A DNA stretch of 64,000 nucleotides from Caldisericia bacterium (GTDB lineage: Bacteria > Caldisericota > Caldisericia > JAAYUI01). Position numbers and translations under genes: made by a program. The notes below the pieces were generated by a model, which worked only from the letters and a program-made list of their open reading frames with translations, ran no database searches and had not been told where the DNA came from. Shown piece after piece: positions 19,160 through 27,347 of this stretch. The stretch is from positions 1,224,511 to 1,288,510 of the forward strand of contig OY771555.1 of NCBI GenBank assembly GCA_963674785.1. Reading direction: 5' to 3'. The stretch's first letter is position 1. Each line of letters opens with the position of its first letter.

Positions 19160-20476
19160 TTATTTATTACAGTTGTTCCAGTTGAATCTTCCAAGGGCTG
19201 TTCGAAGCTCTGCAACAAGATAAAGCGAACCACAAACAAGAACACAACCATCTTCTGGTGTTTTTTCGATTGCTCTTACGAGTGCAAGTGCTGGGTCAGG
19301 TTGCACCTCTGTTTCGAAAAATCTTCTCTCAAATTTCTTTGCGAGTTTTGACGGGTCAAATGCTCTCTGGTTATCGACTTTTGTTGTTACAACAGAGCTG
19401 CTGATTGTTGATAATGCCCTGATGAATCTTCTGGTGTCTTTGTCTTTCATCATTCCAACAACAAGAGTTACTTTCTTGCCGTTAAAATGCCGTTTGATTG
19501 TTCTTGAAAGTGCGTCAGCTGATCTTCCGTTATGAGCGCCATCGAGAATGATGAGTCTTCCATCTTTTATCTTTTCTGCTCTTCCTGGCCAGCAAACCTT
19601 CGAGAGTCCATTTTTTATTGTGTCTGGTGTGATTTTTTTGAACCCAGAATCATTTAGAATTAATGATGCTTTTATTGCAAGAGAGGCGTTCTGGAATTGA
19701 TGGAGTCCGAGTAGAGGAGTAAAAATATCCTCTATTTTATGGTCTTTATCAAAAAAATCCATGACCTGTCCCCCATCAACGATACCTTTATCTTGGTAAT
19801 CAAAATCGAATGATTGTCGGTGGATTTTTACATCGAGCTTATTTGCAACTTCTTCGATTGAGACAAATGCATTGTGTCTCTGTTTTGATGTAACAAGGGG
19901 TACTCCATGCTTTAAAATCCCGGCTTTTTCCCTGGCAATTTTTCCGAGAGTATTTCCAAGAATTTTTATGTGGTCATGCGAAATTGAAGTGATAACTGTG
20001 CAAGCAGGTTTTTCAATGACATTAGTTGCATCGAGTCTTCCACCAAGTCCAACCTCAAAAACTGCAACATCAACATTTTGTTCCATGAAATGGAGGAATG
20101 AAATGATAGCAATAACTTCAAAAAAGGTTGCCTTGCCAAATTCATGTTCGTGTTTTTTGTTAACTTCTGAAACTCTTTTGATGAGGTCAGCGAATTCACC
20201 GGTTGATACGATTTGTCCATTAACCTGAATCCGTTCACGGATTCCCTGCAGATGTGGGCTTGTAAATAAACCAACTTTGTAGCCACTTGCCTGAAGAATC
20301 TCAGCTGTCATTCGAGATGTTGAACCTTTACCCTTGGTGCCGGCGATGTGGACAATTGGGTAGGCAGTATGAGGTGAACCCAAATCTTTAAGGATTGGGT
20401 AGAGTCTATCAAGACCTAGTTTTGAGCCTAAGTAGCGGATGCTTCCGAGGTAGTCGAGTGCTTCACAGTAGTTCAT
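19160..20476 (-). CDS. folC: Folylpolyglutamate synthase / dihydrofolate synthase
   Basis: Mur-ligase P-loop 'HIAGTKGKGST'. 'SPHL' and 'DGAHN' motifs characteristic of FolC. 438 aa. Confidence 0.85.
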   Translation of the reverse strand: MNYCEALDYLGSIRYLGSKLGLDRLYPILKDLGSPHTAYPIVHIAGTKGKGSTSRMTAEILQASGYKVGLFTSPHLQGIRERIQVNGQIVSTGEFADLIKRVSEVNKKHEHEFGKATFFEVIAIISFLHFMEQNVDVAVFEVGLGGRLDATNVIEKPACTVITSISHDHIKILGNTLGKIAREKAGILKHGVPLVTSKQRHNAFVSIEEVANKLDVKIHRQSFDFDYQDKGIVDGGQVMDFFDKDHKIEDIFTPLLGLHQFQNASLAIKASLILNDSGFKKITPDTIKNGLSKVCWPGRAEKIKDGRLIILDGAHNGRSADALSRTIKRHFNGKKVTLVVGMMKDKDTRRFIRALSTISSSVVTTKVDNQRAFDPSKLAKKFERRFFETEVQPDPALALVRAIEKTPEDGCVLVCGSLYLVAELRTALGRFNWNNCNK

Positions 20477-20533
20477 TTTGAATTCATGTTATCCATTTAA
20501 ACTGTTTTGTTAATCAAATGTATATAGAAAAAA

Positions 20534-20557
20534 GGCAGGAGTTTTTCCTGCCTTTTT
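20534..20557 (-). terminator. Rho-independent terminator downstream of pckA
   Basis: 'aaaaaaGGCAGGAgttttTCCTGCCttttta' hairpin with flanking A/T runs, located between the pckA stop (20580) and the folC start (20476). Confidence 0.7.
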
Positions 20558-20579
20558 AACGTTTCGGTTCGATGTGAAT

Positions 20580-22064
20580 TTAGATTGCGTCCCGGATTTC
20601 TTTGTCGAGCATTGGGAACTGTGCAATCCAGGCTTTTCGTTCTTCTCTGAGTTTTTCGTTTTTCTCGAGCCATTCTTGCTCTGTGAAGTATTTTCTTGGG
20701 TCGAGTTTTTCTGCATCAATTTCATCACATTTGTCAATTATGTCGTAACCCCAGAAATCATCCTTTTTCCAACTGATTTTTCCAGCAGCAATTGCTTTTA
20801 ATATGCCTACTGAATGTCTGATGGAGATTTTTTCAGAGTTTCCAATTTTTCCCGTATTTAAAAGGATACATTCCATGTGTGGATTCTTCTTAAGAAGATC
20901 CATGATGTAGTTTCCTTCATCATCTTTTGGGCCAACAATAAATGGGTTCGTTCCAACGCATCGTTTTGCCTGACCAGCTTTTGTTGGGTCTCCAGCTGAT
21001 GTCTCAATCGATTCACCAAGCATGAAAAATGCTGCTGCCTGTGCTGGAGAAAGCTTGGCAACTGGTGGGATAATGTCATCACGTCTTGTGATGAGAACCA
21101 TTATATCAGTGTGTGGAAGATCAACTGTGTTATCGGTGTATTTGACATCTTTTCTCTGCACGATACATCTTCCGTTGGTTGTATATCGGTAATTGAGGAA
21201 ATCAACTTTTCCAGAACCAGTTACGTAAACATTTTCAAAAATCGCTGATTCGCTTGTTGCTGCTTTGTAAAGAACTGGCTGATGAACCCCTTCTAGCCCC
21301 TCGGTTTTGATGAAATATCCATGTTCGGTTCCAATACACCTTGTGTCAGGTGTGATGACCAACATATCATCCTGTCTAATTGCGACTCCCTCTTCACCCT
21401 CGAGGAAGTGATGATGACATGTGAGAGTTGTTTTGCCAGTTCCAGAAAGACCAAAAAGAATGATTCCTTTTTCAACGAGTTTGCCATCTTTATTCTTGAC
21501 TCTGATGAGTTTTGAACCTGCATGGAGACCAAGGTTACCCTCAGTTTTTGCTCTGTAGATTGCCATCCTGAGGAAGGATTTTTTGACTTCACCAAAGTAA
21601 TCTGTTCCAAGCGTAACCGTTACACCATCAACTGCATCAACCAGAACTTTTCTTTCTGGCCATTCAGGGATTGCTATCGTTTTGATCGGCGTTTTTTTAT
21701 TCTCCGGATTTTTTGGGAAGAAAAGGTTTGACCACATGAATGCGAGTCTTGCAAATGGTTTGGTTGTGTAAAATTCACATGGAATCTGGAACTCTGGATT
21801 TTCCATGACGGACATTTCAGTTTTGATGACTTCTTTGTCTTTGAGATATTCTCTGACTTTTAAAAGAAGTTCTGTCTGTTCTTTGGTTGGTTCTATACCC
21901 ACAACCTCCGTGAAAGCAGCTGATCTGTTTCTGATCCTTGAAACATATGACGGTGAGTTGAATTCGCTGGTAATTTCATCGTTCTCAGCCATCTTTCGAA
22001 GTTCATCGGGTGACGAACACTCGATAAGTTTTCCAACTTCAAGTGGTTTGGTGAAAATGTCCAT
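20580..22064 (-). CDS. pckA: Phosphoenolpyruvate carboxykinase (ATP)
   Basis: Kinase-1a P-loop 'FGLSGTGKTTL' and overall PEPCK-ATP length (494 aa). C-terminal 'GTNPF' region. Confidence 0.8.
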   Translation of the reverse strand: MDIFTKPLEVGKLIECSSPDELRKMAENDEITSEFNSPSYVSRIRNRSAAFTEVVGIEPTKEQTELLLKVREYLKDKEVIKTEMSVMENPEFQIPCEFYTTKPFARLAFMWSNLFFPKNPENKKTPIKTIAIPEWPERKVLVDAVDGVTVTLGTDYFGEVKKSFLRMAIYRAKTEGNLGLHAGSKLIRVKNKDGKLVEKGIILFGLSGTGKTTLTCHHHFLEGEEGVAIRQDDMLVITPDTRCIGTEHGYFIKTEGLEGVHQPVLYKAATSESAIFENVYVTGSGKVDFLNYRYTTNGRCIVQRKDVKYTDNTVDLPHTDIMVLITRRDDIIPPVAKLSPAQAAAFFMLGESIETSAGDPTKAGQAKRCVGTNPFIVGPKDDEGNYIMDLLKKNPHMECILLNTGKIGNSEKISIRHSVGILKAIAAGKISWKKDDFWGYDIIDKCDEIDAEKLDPRKYFTEQEWLEKNEKLREERKAWIAQFPMLDKEIRDAI

Positions 22065-22075
22065 TTTGCACTCTC

Positions 22076-22471
22076 CTATGAATTGATATCAACTTTTACG
22101 TTATCTTTGATGAATTCAATTATTTCTTTGGTTGGTGTCCCTGGTCCAAAAACAGCTTTTGCGCCGATTTGTTTCAGTTTTTCTGCATCAGCAGGTGGTA
22201 TGATTCCACCAACGAAAACCGCTCTTTCTGAAAGTCCAGCTTCCTTCAGCTTGCTGATAATCTTTGGAACGAGTGTCAGGTGGGCTCCACTGAGAATTGA
22301 AAGACCTATTACGTCGACATCTTCTTGTAGTGCTGCGTTTACAATCATGTCTGCTGTTTGATGTAATCCTGTGTATATAACTTCCATTCCTGCATCGCGC
22401 AGCGCCTGTGAAACCACCTTTGCGCCTCTATCATGTCCGTCAAGTCCTGGTTTTGCCATGAGAACTTTAAT
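22076..22471 (-). CDS. Methylmalonyl-CoA mutase-type B12-binding small subunit/domain
   Basis: 'KVLMAKPGLDGHDRGAKVVSQALRDAGMEVIYTG' carries the DxHxxG cobalamin-binding motif. 'VDVIGLSILSGAH' also present. Start probably the ATG at 22471 (the ORF track's 22519 start would overlap meaB by 49 nt). Confidence 0.85.
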   Translation of the reverse strand: MKVLMAKPGLDGHDRGAKVVSQALRDAGMEVIYTGLHQTADMIVNAALQEDVDVIGLSILSGAHLTLVPKIISKLKEAGLSERAVFVGGIIPPADAEKLKQIGAKAVFGPGTPTKEIIEFIKDNVKVDINS

Positions 22472-23412
22472 CATTTTTCCTCCAATTTGGTTTGCCATAT
22501 TTCCTCGGCAAGTTGCCATGGGGCGATCCCCTCAATAATGGCTCTATTAATTCTGCTTTCTTTAAGTGTCTTATAATCACCGTTAAACAGTTTTGTCTGA
22601 AGCCAGTAGCTGACCTCAGAATCAAATCTCTCAAACTTTTTCTTGTCGCCGTAACCGTTTGATCTGACATACTCTCTGTGTCTTAATACTTCATCAAACA
22701 ATTCCGAGATTCCATTGTTCCTAATTGCTGTTGTTGGAAGTATCGGAGGTTTCCATTCAAACTCTGAAAGTGAAAGCCCAAATTCAAGATCAGCGATTAG
22801 ATTGTCTCCACCAGGTCTATCATATTTGTTCACACAGAAAATGTTTGCTCCCTCAAGAAGCCCAGCCTTCATCATTTGAATTGAGTCCCCTGATTCGGGA
22901 GTTAAAACAACAACAACAGTATCTGCTTTCAGTGCCACATCTACCTCGGTTTGTCCAACCCCAACGGTTTCGATCAATATGAATGGGTATGAGCAAAGGT
23001 CAAGGAAATCTGCAACGATGGATGTTGTAGGTGCGAGTCCTCCAAGGTGTCCCCTTGATGCCATTGATCTGATGAATACTCCTGGATCAGTGAAATGATC
23101 AGTCATTCTTGTTCTGTCGCCAAGCAATGCCCCTTGAGTGTAGGGGGAACTTGGATCGCATGCCACAACAGCACACTGATGACCCTCCTGTCTTATTTTA
23201 CCAATGAGCTTTGAGACTAGAGTGCTTTTGCCTGCACCAGGAGGACCAGTGATTCCTATTCTCCACGAAGAGCCAATTTTTGGATATTTGTCCCCGAAAA
23301 TTACACTGGGATTGTTACCTTTTTCAAGATATGAGATAATTTTTGCTTGAGCCTGCTGACTTCCCTTATAGGCTTTTTGTACTGTTTCAGTGTTCAATGC
23401 CTTTTCTTGCAT
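22471..23412 (-). CDS. meaB: MeaB/ArgK-like G-protein chaperone of B12-dependent mutases
   Basis: P-loop 'IGITGPPGAGKSTLV'. 'ETVGVGQTE' switch and 'NKYD' G4 motif. Confidence 0.85.
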   Translation of the reverse strand: MQEKALNTETVQKAYKGSQQAQAKIISYLEKGNNPSVIFGDKYPKIGSSWRIGITGPPGAGKSTLVSKLIGKIRQEGHQCAVVACDPSSPYTQGALLGDRTRMTDHFTDPGVFIRSMASRGHLGGLAPTTSIVADFLDLCSYPFILIETVGVGQTEVDVALKADTVVVVLTPESGDSIQMMKAGLLEGANIFCVNKYDRPGGDNLIADLEFGLSLSEFEWKPPILPTTAIRNNGISELFDEVLRHREYVRSNGYGDKKKFERFDSEVSYWLQTKLFNGDYKTLKESRINRAIIEGIAPWQLAEEIWQTKLEEK

Positions 23413-23908
23413 TCAGCCCTTCACTTTTATAGTAGTGTTTTACTTCTCTCATCTCAGTAACAAGGTCTGCACATTCGAGGATGTCTTCCTTAGCCATTCT
23501 TCCTGTAAGCACAAGCTCTGTTTCTGGATGCTTCGAGTGAATCATATTTAATACTTTTTCTAATTCTATTAAACCAAAACCAAGTGCAACATTGATTTCA
23601 TCGGCGATAATGATATCCCATTTTCCAGATGATGCTGAATTAGAAACATCTTCTAGGGCTTTTTCTGCCTCTTCTATATCGATCCTGAGTGGATTTTTTA
23701 TATCAACAAAGTCGGGTCTACCATATTGGGTGACATGCACGCCAAGTTTTTTTAGAGACTTGAGTTCACCGTAGGAAACAGAACCTTTCATGAACTGAAT
23801 TATCTTGACCTTCATGTTATGCCCGGCTGCCCTTAAAGCCAGACCCAACGAAGCGGTTGTTTTACCTTTGCCGTTTCCTGTGTAAACCTGAACTTTTCCT
23901 AAATTCAT
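23387..23908 (-). CDS. cobO: Cob(I)alamin/cob(I)yrinic acid a,c-diamide adenosyltransferase (CobA/CobO/BtuR type)
   Basis: 'VYTGNGKGKTTASLGLALRAAGHNMKV..IQFMKG' P-loop family signature. 'IIADEIN' and 'LVLTGR' motifs. Confidence 0.85.
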   Translation of the reverse strand: MNLGKVQVYTGNGKGKTTASLGLALRAAGHNMKVKIIQFMKGSVSYGELKSLKKLGVHVTQYGRPDFVDIKNPLRIDIEEAEKALEDVSNSASSGKWDIIIADEINVALGFGLIELEKVLNMIHSKHPETELVLTGRMAKEDILECADLVTEMREVKHYYKSEGLNARKGIEH

Positions 23909-23975
23909 TGCGGATTATATTAGGTGATGTAGTACGTATGTCAACTGACTTGATTAACATTTATAATTTATTACA

Positions 23976-24401
23976 TTGAATTTCGTGGAGAAACGCAAAA
24001 GAAAAAACAGAAAGCGATTAGTCGCTCGTGTGTTGCTCTTTCTTTTGTTTATGGTCATTTTTTATTTTTTAGTTAGACCATTTGCAAAGATCGATTTTCA
24101 GCTTGCCAATTTGAAACTTGAATCGGTACAACTTGACAATCAGATCGCAAAACTCCAAGAAGATTTGAGTTATGAAAAATCAAAGCTCTCTGAGTTTTAC
24201 TCGGGACATGGGATTTCAAGTATTGCGAGGGAAAGATTCAGAATGGTTTATCCTGGGGAAACTCTGTATATGTGTGTTAATACTGAAGGTAGAGGGACAT
24301 ACCAAATACACGAACCCGAATACAGGAAGCTTTCAAAAGATTTTAAGAAGAAAAGTCCTATTGCTACCGCGTGGGATATGTTCCTGTCTCTTTTCAGATA
24401 A
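23976..24401 (+). CDS. FtsB/DivIC-like septum formation initiator (membrane anchor plus coiled coil)
   Basis: N-terminal basic region then TM 'VLLFLLFMVIFYFLV', heptad coiled coil, and C-terminal 'IARERFRMVYPGE' resembling the FtsB family 'AReeLGmvkPGE' motif. Confidence 0.55.
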   Translation: MNFVEKRKRKNRKRLVARVLLFLLFMVIFYFLVRPFAKIDFQLANLKLESVQLDNQIAKLQEDLSYEKSKLSEFYSGHGISSIARERFRMVYPGETLYMCVNTEGRGTYQIHEPEYRKLSKDFKKKSPIATAWDMFLSLFR

Positions 24402-24450
24402 TATCCCTTGACCATCGTTATTTTTTTATGTAGAGTCATAGTTCTTTCAT

Positions 24451-24526
24451 GGCGGGGTAGCTCAGTGGTTAGAGCACACGGCTCATACCCGTGGCGTCGT
24501 GGGTTCGAATCCCACCCCCGCCACCA
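24451..24526 (+). tRNA. tRNA-Met (CAT), CCA encoded
   Basis: Cloverleaf read by eye: acceptor GGCGGGG/CCCCGCC, D-arm GCTCAGTGGTTAGAGC, anticodon stem CACGG/CCGTG with loop CTCATAC, T-arm GTGGG-TTCGAAT-CCCAC, discriminator A, then CCA. G1:C72 suggests an elongator. Confidence 0.85.
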
Positions 24527-24682
24527 ATTATTTCCCATAGGTTAAATGAAAATTTTTTCTGTAGGTTTTTTCGGTATCTTTAGCGTTTTTTATTTGTAAA
24601 AATTGTTACCAGATGGTGGGTTGCGTTTCTGGACTTTTTTTATATAATATTACTAAAATTTAGCAAAGGAGATGATGTAAAA

Positions 24683-25060
24683 ATGGGCGAAACTTTAGGC
24701 GAATTTCTCAATTCCAAAAGACTTAGCAAAAAGATCACATTTGCTCAGCTTGCGCAGAAATGTAAGATGGCAACTCCTACGATCTGGAAGGTGATCAAAG
24801 ATAAAGCTAGGCCAAAAGATTTGACACTTCAAGCACTATCTGAATCCCTTGATATTCCACTTTCTGAACTATTTTCAAAAAGAGACAACACTCACTATCC
24901 TTCCAGCAAAAGAAGACCAGGCAGACCAAAAAAGATTAGTGATGAAGTTCCTGAGGTTGAAGAGATTACAAAAGAAAAATTAATCTCTTTTATTGAAGAC
25001 ACAAAACTATCTGATCAATCAATCGAAGCGTTATATTACATGGCTCAGGTGATCAGATAA
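24683..25060 (+). CDS. Small DNA-binding protein: N-terminal XRE-type HTH plus AT-hook ('RRPGRPKK')
   Basis: AGGAG Shine-Dalgarno 10 nt upstream. 'ITFAQLAQKCKMATPTIWKVIKD' HTH. 'KRRPGRPKK' AT-hook core GRP. Confidence 0.6.
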   Translation: MGETLGEFLNSKRLSKKITFAQLAQKCKMATPTIWKVIKDKARPKDLTLQALSESLDIPLSELFSKRDNTHYPSSKRRPGRPKKISDEVPEVEEITKEKLISFIEDTKLSDQSIEALYYMAQVIR

Positions 25061-25161
25061 TTCTAGACTAGTACTACCTTGATTATTTGAATATTGTATA
25101 ATCCGACCTTGGAAAAAGAGCGTGGTTTGAATTCCTCTGAAAACTGAGATATGTGGGAAAG

Positions 25162-25237
25162 TGGTGCCAAGAGACGGACTTGAACCGCCGACACGAGGAT
25201 TTTCAGTCCACTGCTCTACCAACTGAGCTATCTTGGC
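25162..25237 (-). tRNA. tRNA-Phe (GAA), CCA encoded
   Basis: Reverse complement gives GCCAAGA-TA-GCTCAGTTGGTAGAGC-A-GTGGA-CTGAAAA-TCCTC-GTGTC-GGCGG-TTCAAGT-CCGTC-TCTTGGC-A-CCA. One U-U mismatch in the anticodon stem (28:42). Confidence 0.75.
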
Positions 25238-25324
25238 ACGTAAGGGATAGGTTATCTAATCGTATGTTATCTGTCAAGTAAAGAAAACTTCCCATGCTTT
25301 TTTTGTAAAAAGTTAACAGATTAC

Positions 25325-27262
25325 CTATTCTCCTATCCATCCTTCGGGTCGATATAGATTGGGATAAAATATATCGATGCTTCTTTTTTCTCCGTTCCAT
25401 TTAACTTCTGAATCGAAGGCTTCAGATACAAATCTCAAAGGAACAAGAGTCCTTCCGTCTTTTATTGTTGCAGGTGGTTCGATTTCAACTTCGTTATCAT
25501 CTATGGACGCAGTACTTTTTCCTATTGGTATTCTGATTGTCTTCCTACCTTTTTTAAAAATAGCTGTTTTTGTCTCGGCTTCATAGCTTACATCAGCATT
25601 AAGTGCCTCCCCTAAAAATCTAAACGGCACAACAGTTCTTCCGGATATTATAGTCGGTTCGACATCCAGACTCGTTGATTCACCGTTTACGGTGGCTGAC
25701 TTTGAACCAATTGTCATGGAAATCCAGATCGGTGATGGAAGTGGATTTATACTGACTTTTCTAGGAACACCTTCTCCAGATTTGTATATTGGAACGACTG
25801 AATAGCTGAATTCTGATTCAGAAAAAATACCCTCATCTTTAAAGTCTGTTTCAGTTGATGATAACTCAATATATTCAAAATCATCGTAAATTTTGCCACC
25901 GTATTGCTCAGTTTTCCTGATAACGTATTTCAACAGTTTCTCATGGTTATATGTTGGGGGATTCCATTTGAGATAGATTCCATTGATTTCAGGTGTAGCG
26001 ATAAGGCTTCTAACGAATTTCGTCTGGGTGCTTGATTTAGGAACAATAACATTTACTGGGACTTTGCCGATAAAGATTCCACCAATGTCTGTCAGCATAA
26101 CGTTTGTTTGATAGGTTCCTGCAATTAGGTTGTCAGCAATTTTAACCTCAATTTCGATCAACCCACCTACTCCAATTGAGATATCATTTTCAGACAAGTC
26201 GATCCAATCAGCATCACAACTTAACAATCCTTCAAAAACGATGTTTCCGTCATTTTTTATCTTCAGTTTTTTTGTCTCACCAAATGGGTATAGTCTTGAA
26301 CCAAAGTCTAAGGTCTTGGGGTCAAAGTGAATAATTGCCTTATCTAGTTTTTCTTTTGGTTTTCCGGTAACGATATTTGAAATTTCACCTTCAGAACCAT
26401 TTTCGCAGATAACTGTTATATAATATTTGTAGGTATTATTATTCATCGCATCAGGGTCAATGAATTCTACTTCAGTTGGAATCAAAGGTTCAGGATTTAT
26501 CTTTATAAATTCTTCATCATTTTCTGTTCTATAAACGTTTATCCCCAGTATCTTCTCTTCAATTGGTTTCCAGGAAAGCTTTACCATGTTGTCCAAGTCG
26601 TATGACACCAGGTGAGGTGGAGCGATATTGCATCTTTCAAGGATTTCTTCCCCCGTCAATGAATACACAAGACCAAACTCTGTTCTGTCTTCGGTTTCTG
26701 GAACCTCGGGGCACATTGTGTGTACAAAAAATCTTATTCCCTCAGGGTTGTTTAAGTCTTCGAGTTTCACAGAAAGCTCTAGAATGTCACCATCAGAAAA
26801 AAGCTCAATATCTGCAATTTTTTCATCTTCTTCGTCTTCTTTTAATTCAATCAGCTCTCCGAATGATTCTGCCTTGGAAGTAAGAATACTTATAAGATGA
26901 TCTTCTCCACCGTAGTTGTCTGCAGTTTTTTTTATCCCGGTTTTTGCATCAAGATCCGAATCAATTACAATGTGTATCAGTCCGAAATCTTCTGGGTTTA
27001 GTAAATTGTGAATAACAAGGGTTTTAAAATAGAGTTTTTCATCATCGTGAGCACAAAAAACCTTTATGATGTCTAGACAAGCTTCGTCCATTCCATCATC
27101 CACAATCTCTACGTATTCTATGTTTTCTTTCGCTTGAGCAATGTTATTTGCAGAGATTCTGCTGCCAACTGATGCAAGAAGAATCATACCTGCCAAAAAA
27201 ATCGAAAGTATTTTGTTTAGTCTGTTCATTTTTTCCTCCAGAACTAAGTATATTACAGACAC
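25325..27262 (-). CDS. Secreted surface protein: FnIII-like domains plus C-terminal tandem CAO-N-like module
   Basis: Signal peptide 'ILSIFLAGMILLASVGS'. 'LSWKPIEEKILGINVYRTEND' FnIII-like. C-terminal 'ISGRTVVPFRFLGEAL' and 'KDGRTLVPLRFVSEAF'. Confidence 0.75.
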   Translation of the reverse strand: MSVIYLVLEEKMNRLNKILSIFLAGMILLASVGSRISANNIAQAKENIEYVEIVDDGMDEACLDIIKVFCAHDDEKLYFKTLVIHNLLNPEDFGLIHIVIDSDLDAKTGIKKTADNYGGEDHLISILTSKAESFGELIELKEDEEDEKIADIELFSDGDILELSVKLEDLNNPEGIRFFVHTMCPEVPETEDRTEFGLVYSLTGEEILERCNIAPPHLVSYDLDNMVKLSWKPIEEKILGINVYRTENDEEFIKINPEPLIPTEVEFIDPDAMNNNTYKYYITVICENGSEGEISNIVTGKPKEKLDKAIIHFDPKTLDFGSRLYPFGETKKLKIKNDGNIVFEGLLSCDADWIDLSENDISIGVGGLIEIEVKIADNLIAGTYQTNVMLTDIGGIFIGKVPVNVIVPKSSTQTKFVRSLIATPEINGIYLKWNPPTYNHEKLLKYVIRKTEQYGGKIYDDFEYIELSSTETDFKDEGIFSESEFSYSVVPIYKSGEGVPRKVSINPLPSPIWISMTIGSKSATVNGESTSLDVEPTIISGRTVVPFRFLGEALNADVSYEAETKTAIFKKGRKTIRIPIGKSTASIDDNEVEIEPPATIKDGRTLVPLRFVSEAFDSEVKWNGEKRSIDIFYPNLYRPEGWIGE

Positions 27263-27347
27263 AGTTTGTCAATCGTTCACAGGCTTATTTTTGAAACAAA
27301 CCGCTGACTTTTTTTGATTTCTCATCGTAGTATTATCAAAAGAAAGG

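Noticed and set aside
25031-25222. 63-aa ORF on the minus strand
   Set aside because: It overlaps the tRNA-Phe gene (25162-25237) on the same strand. It is an artefact of the ORF caller.
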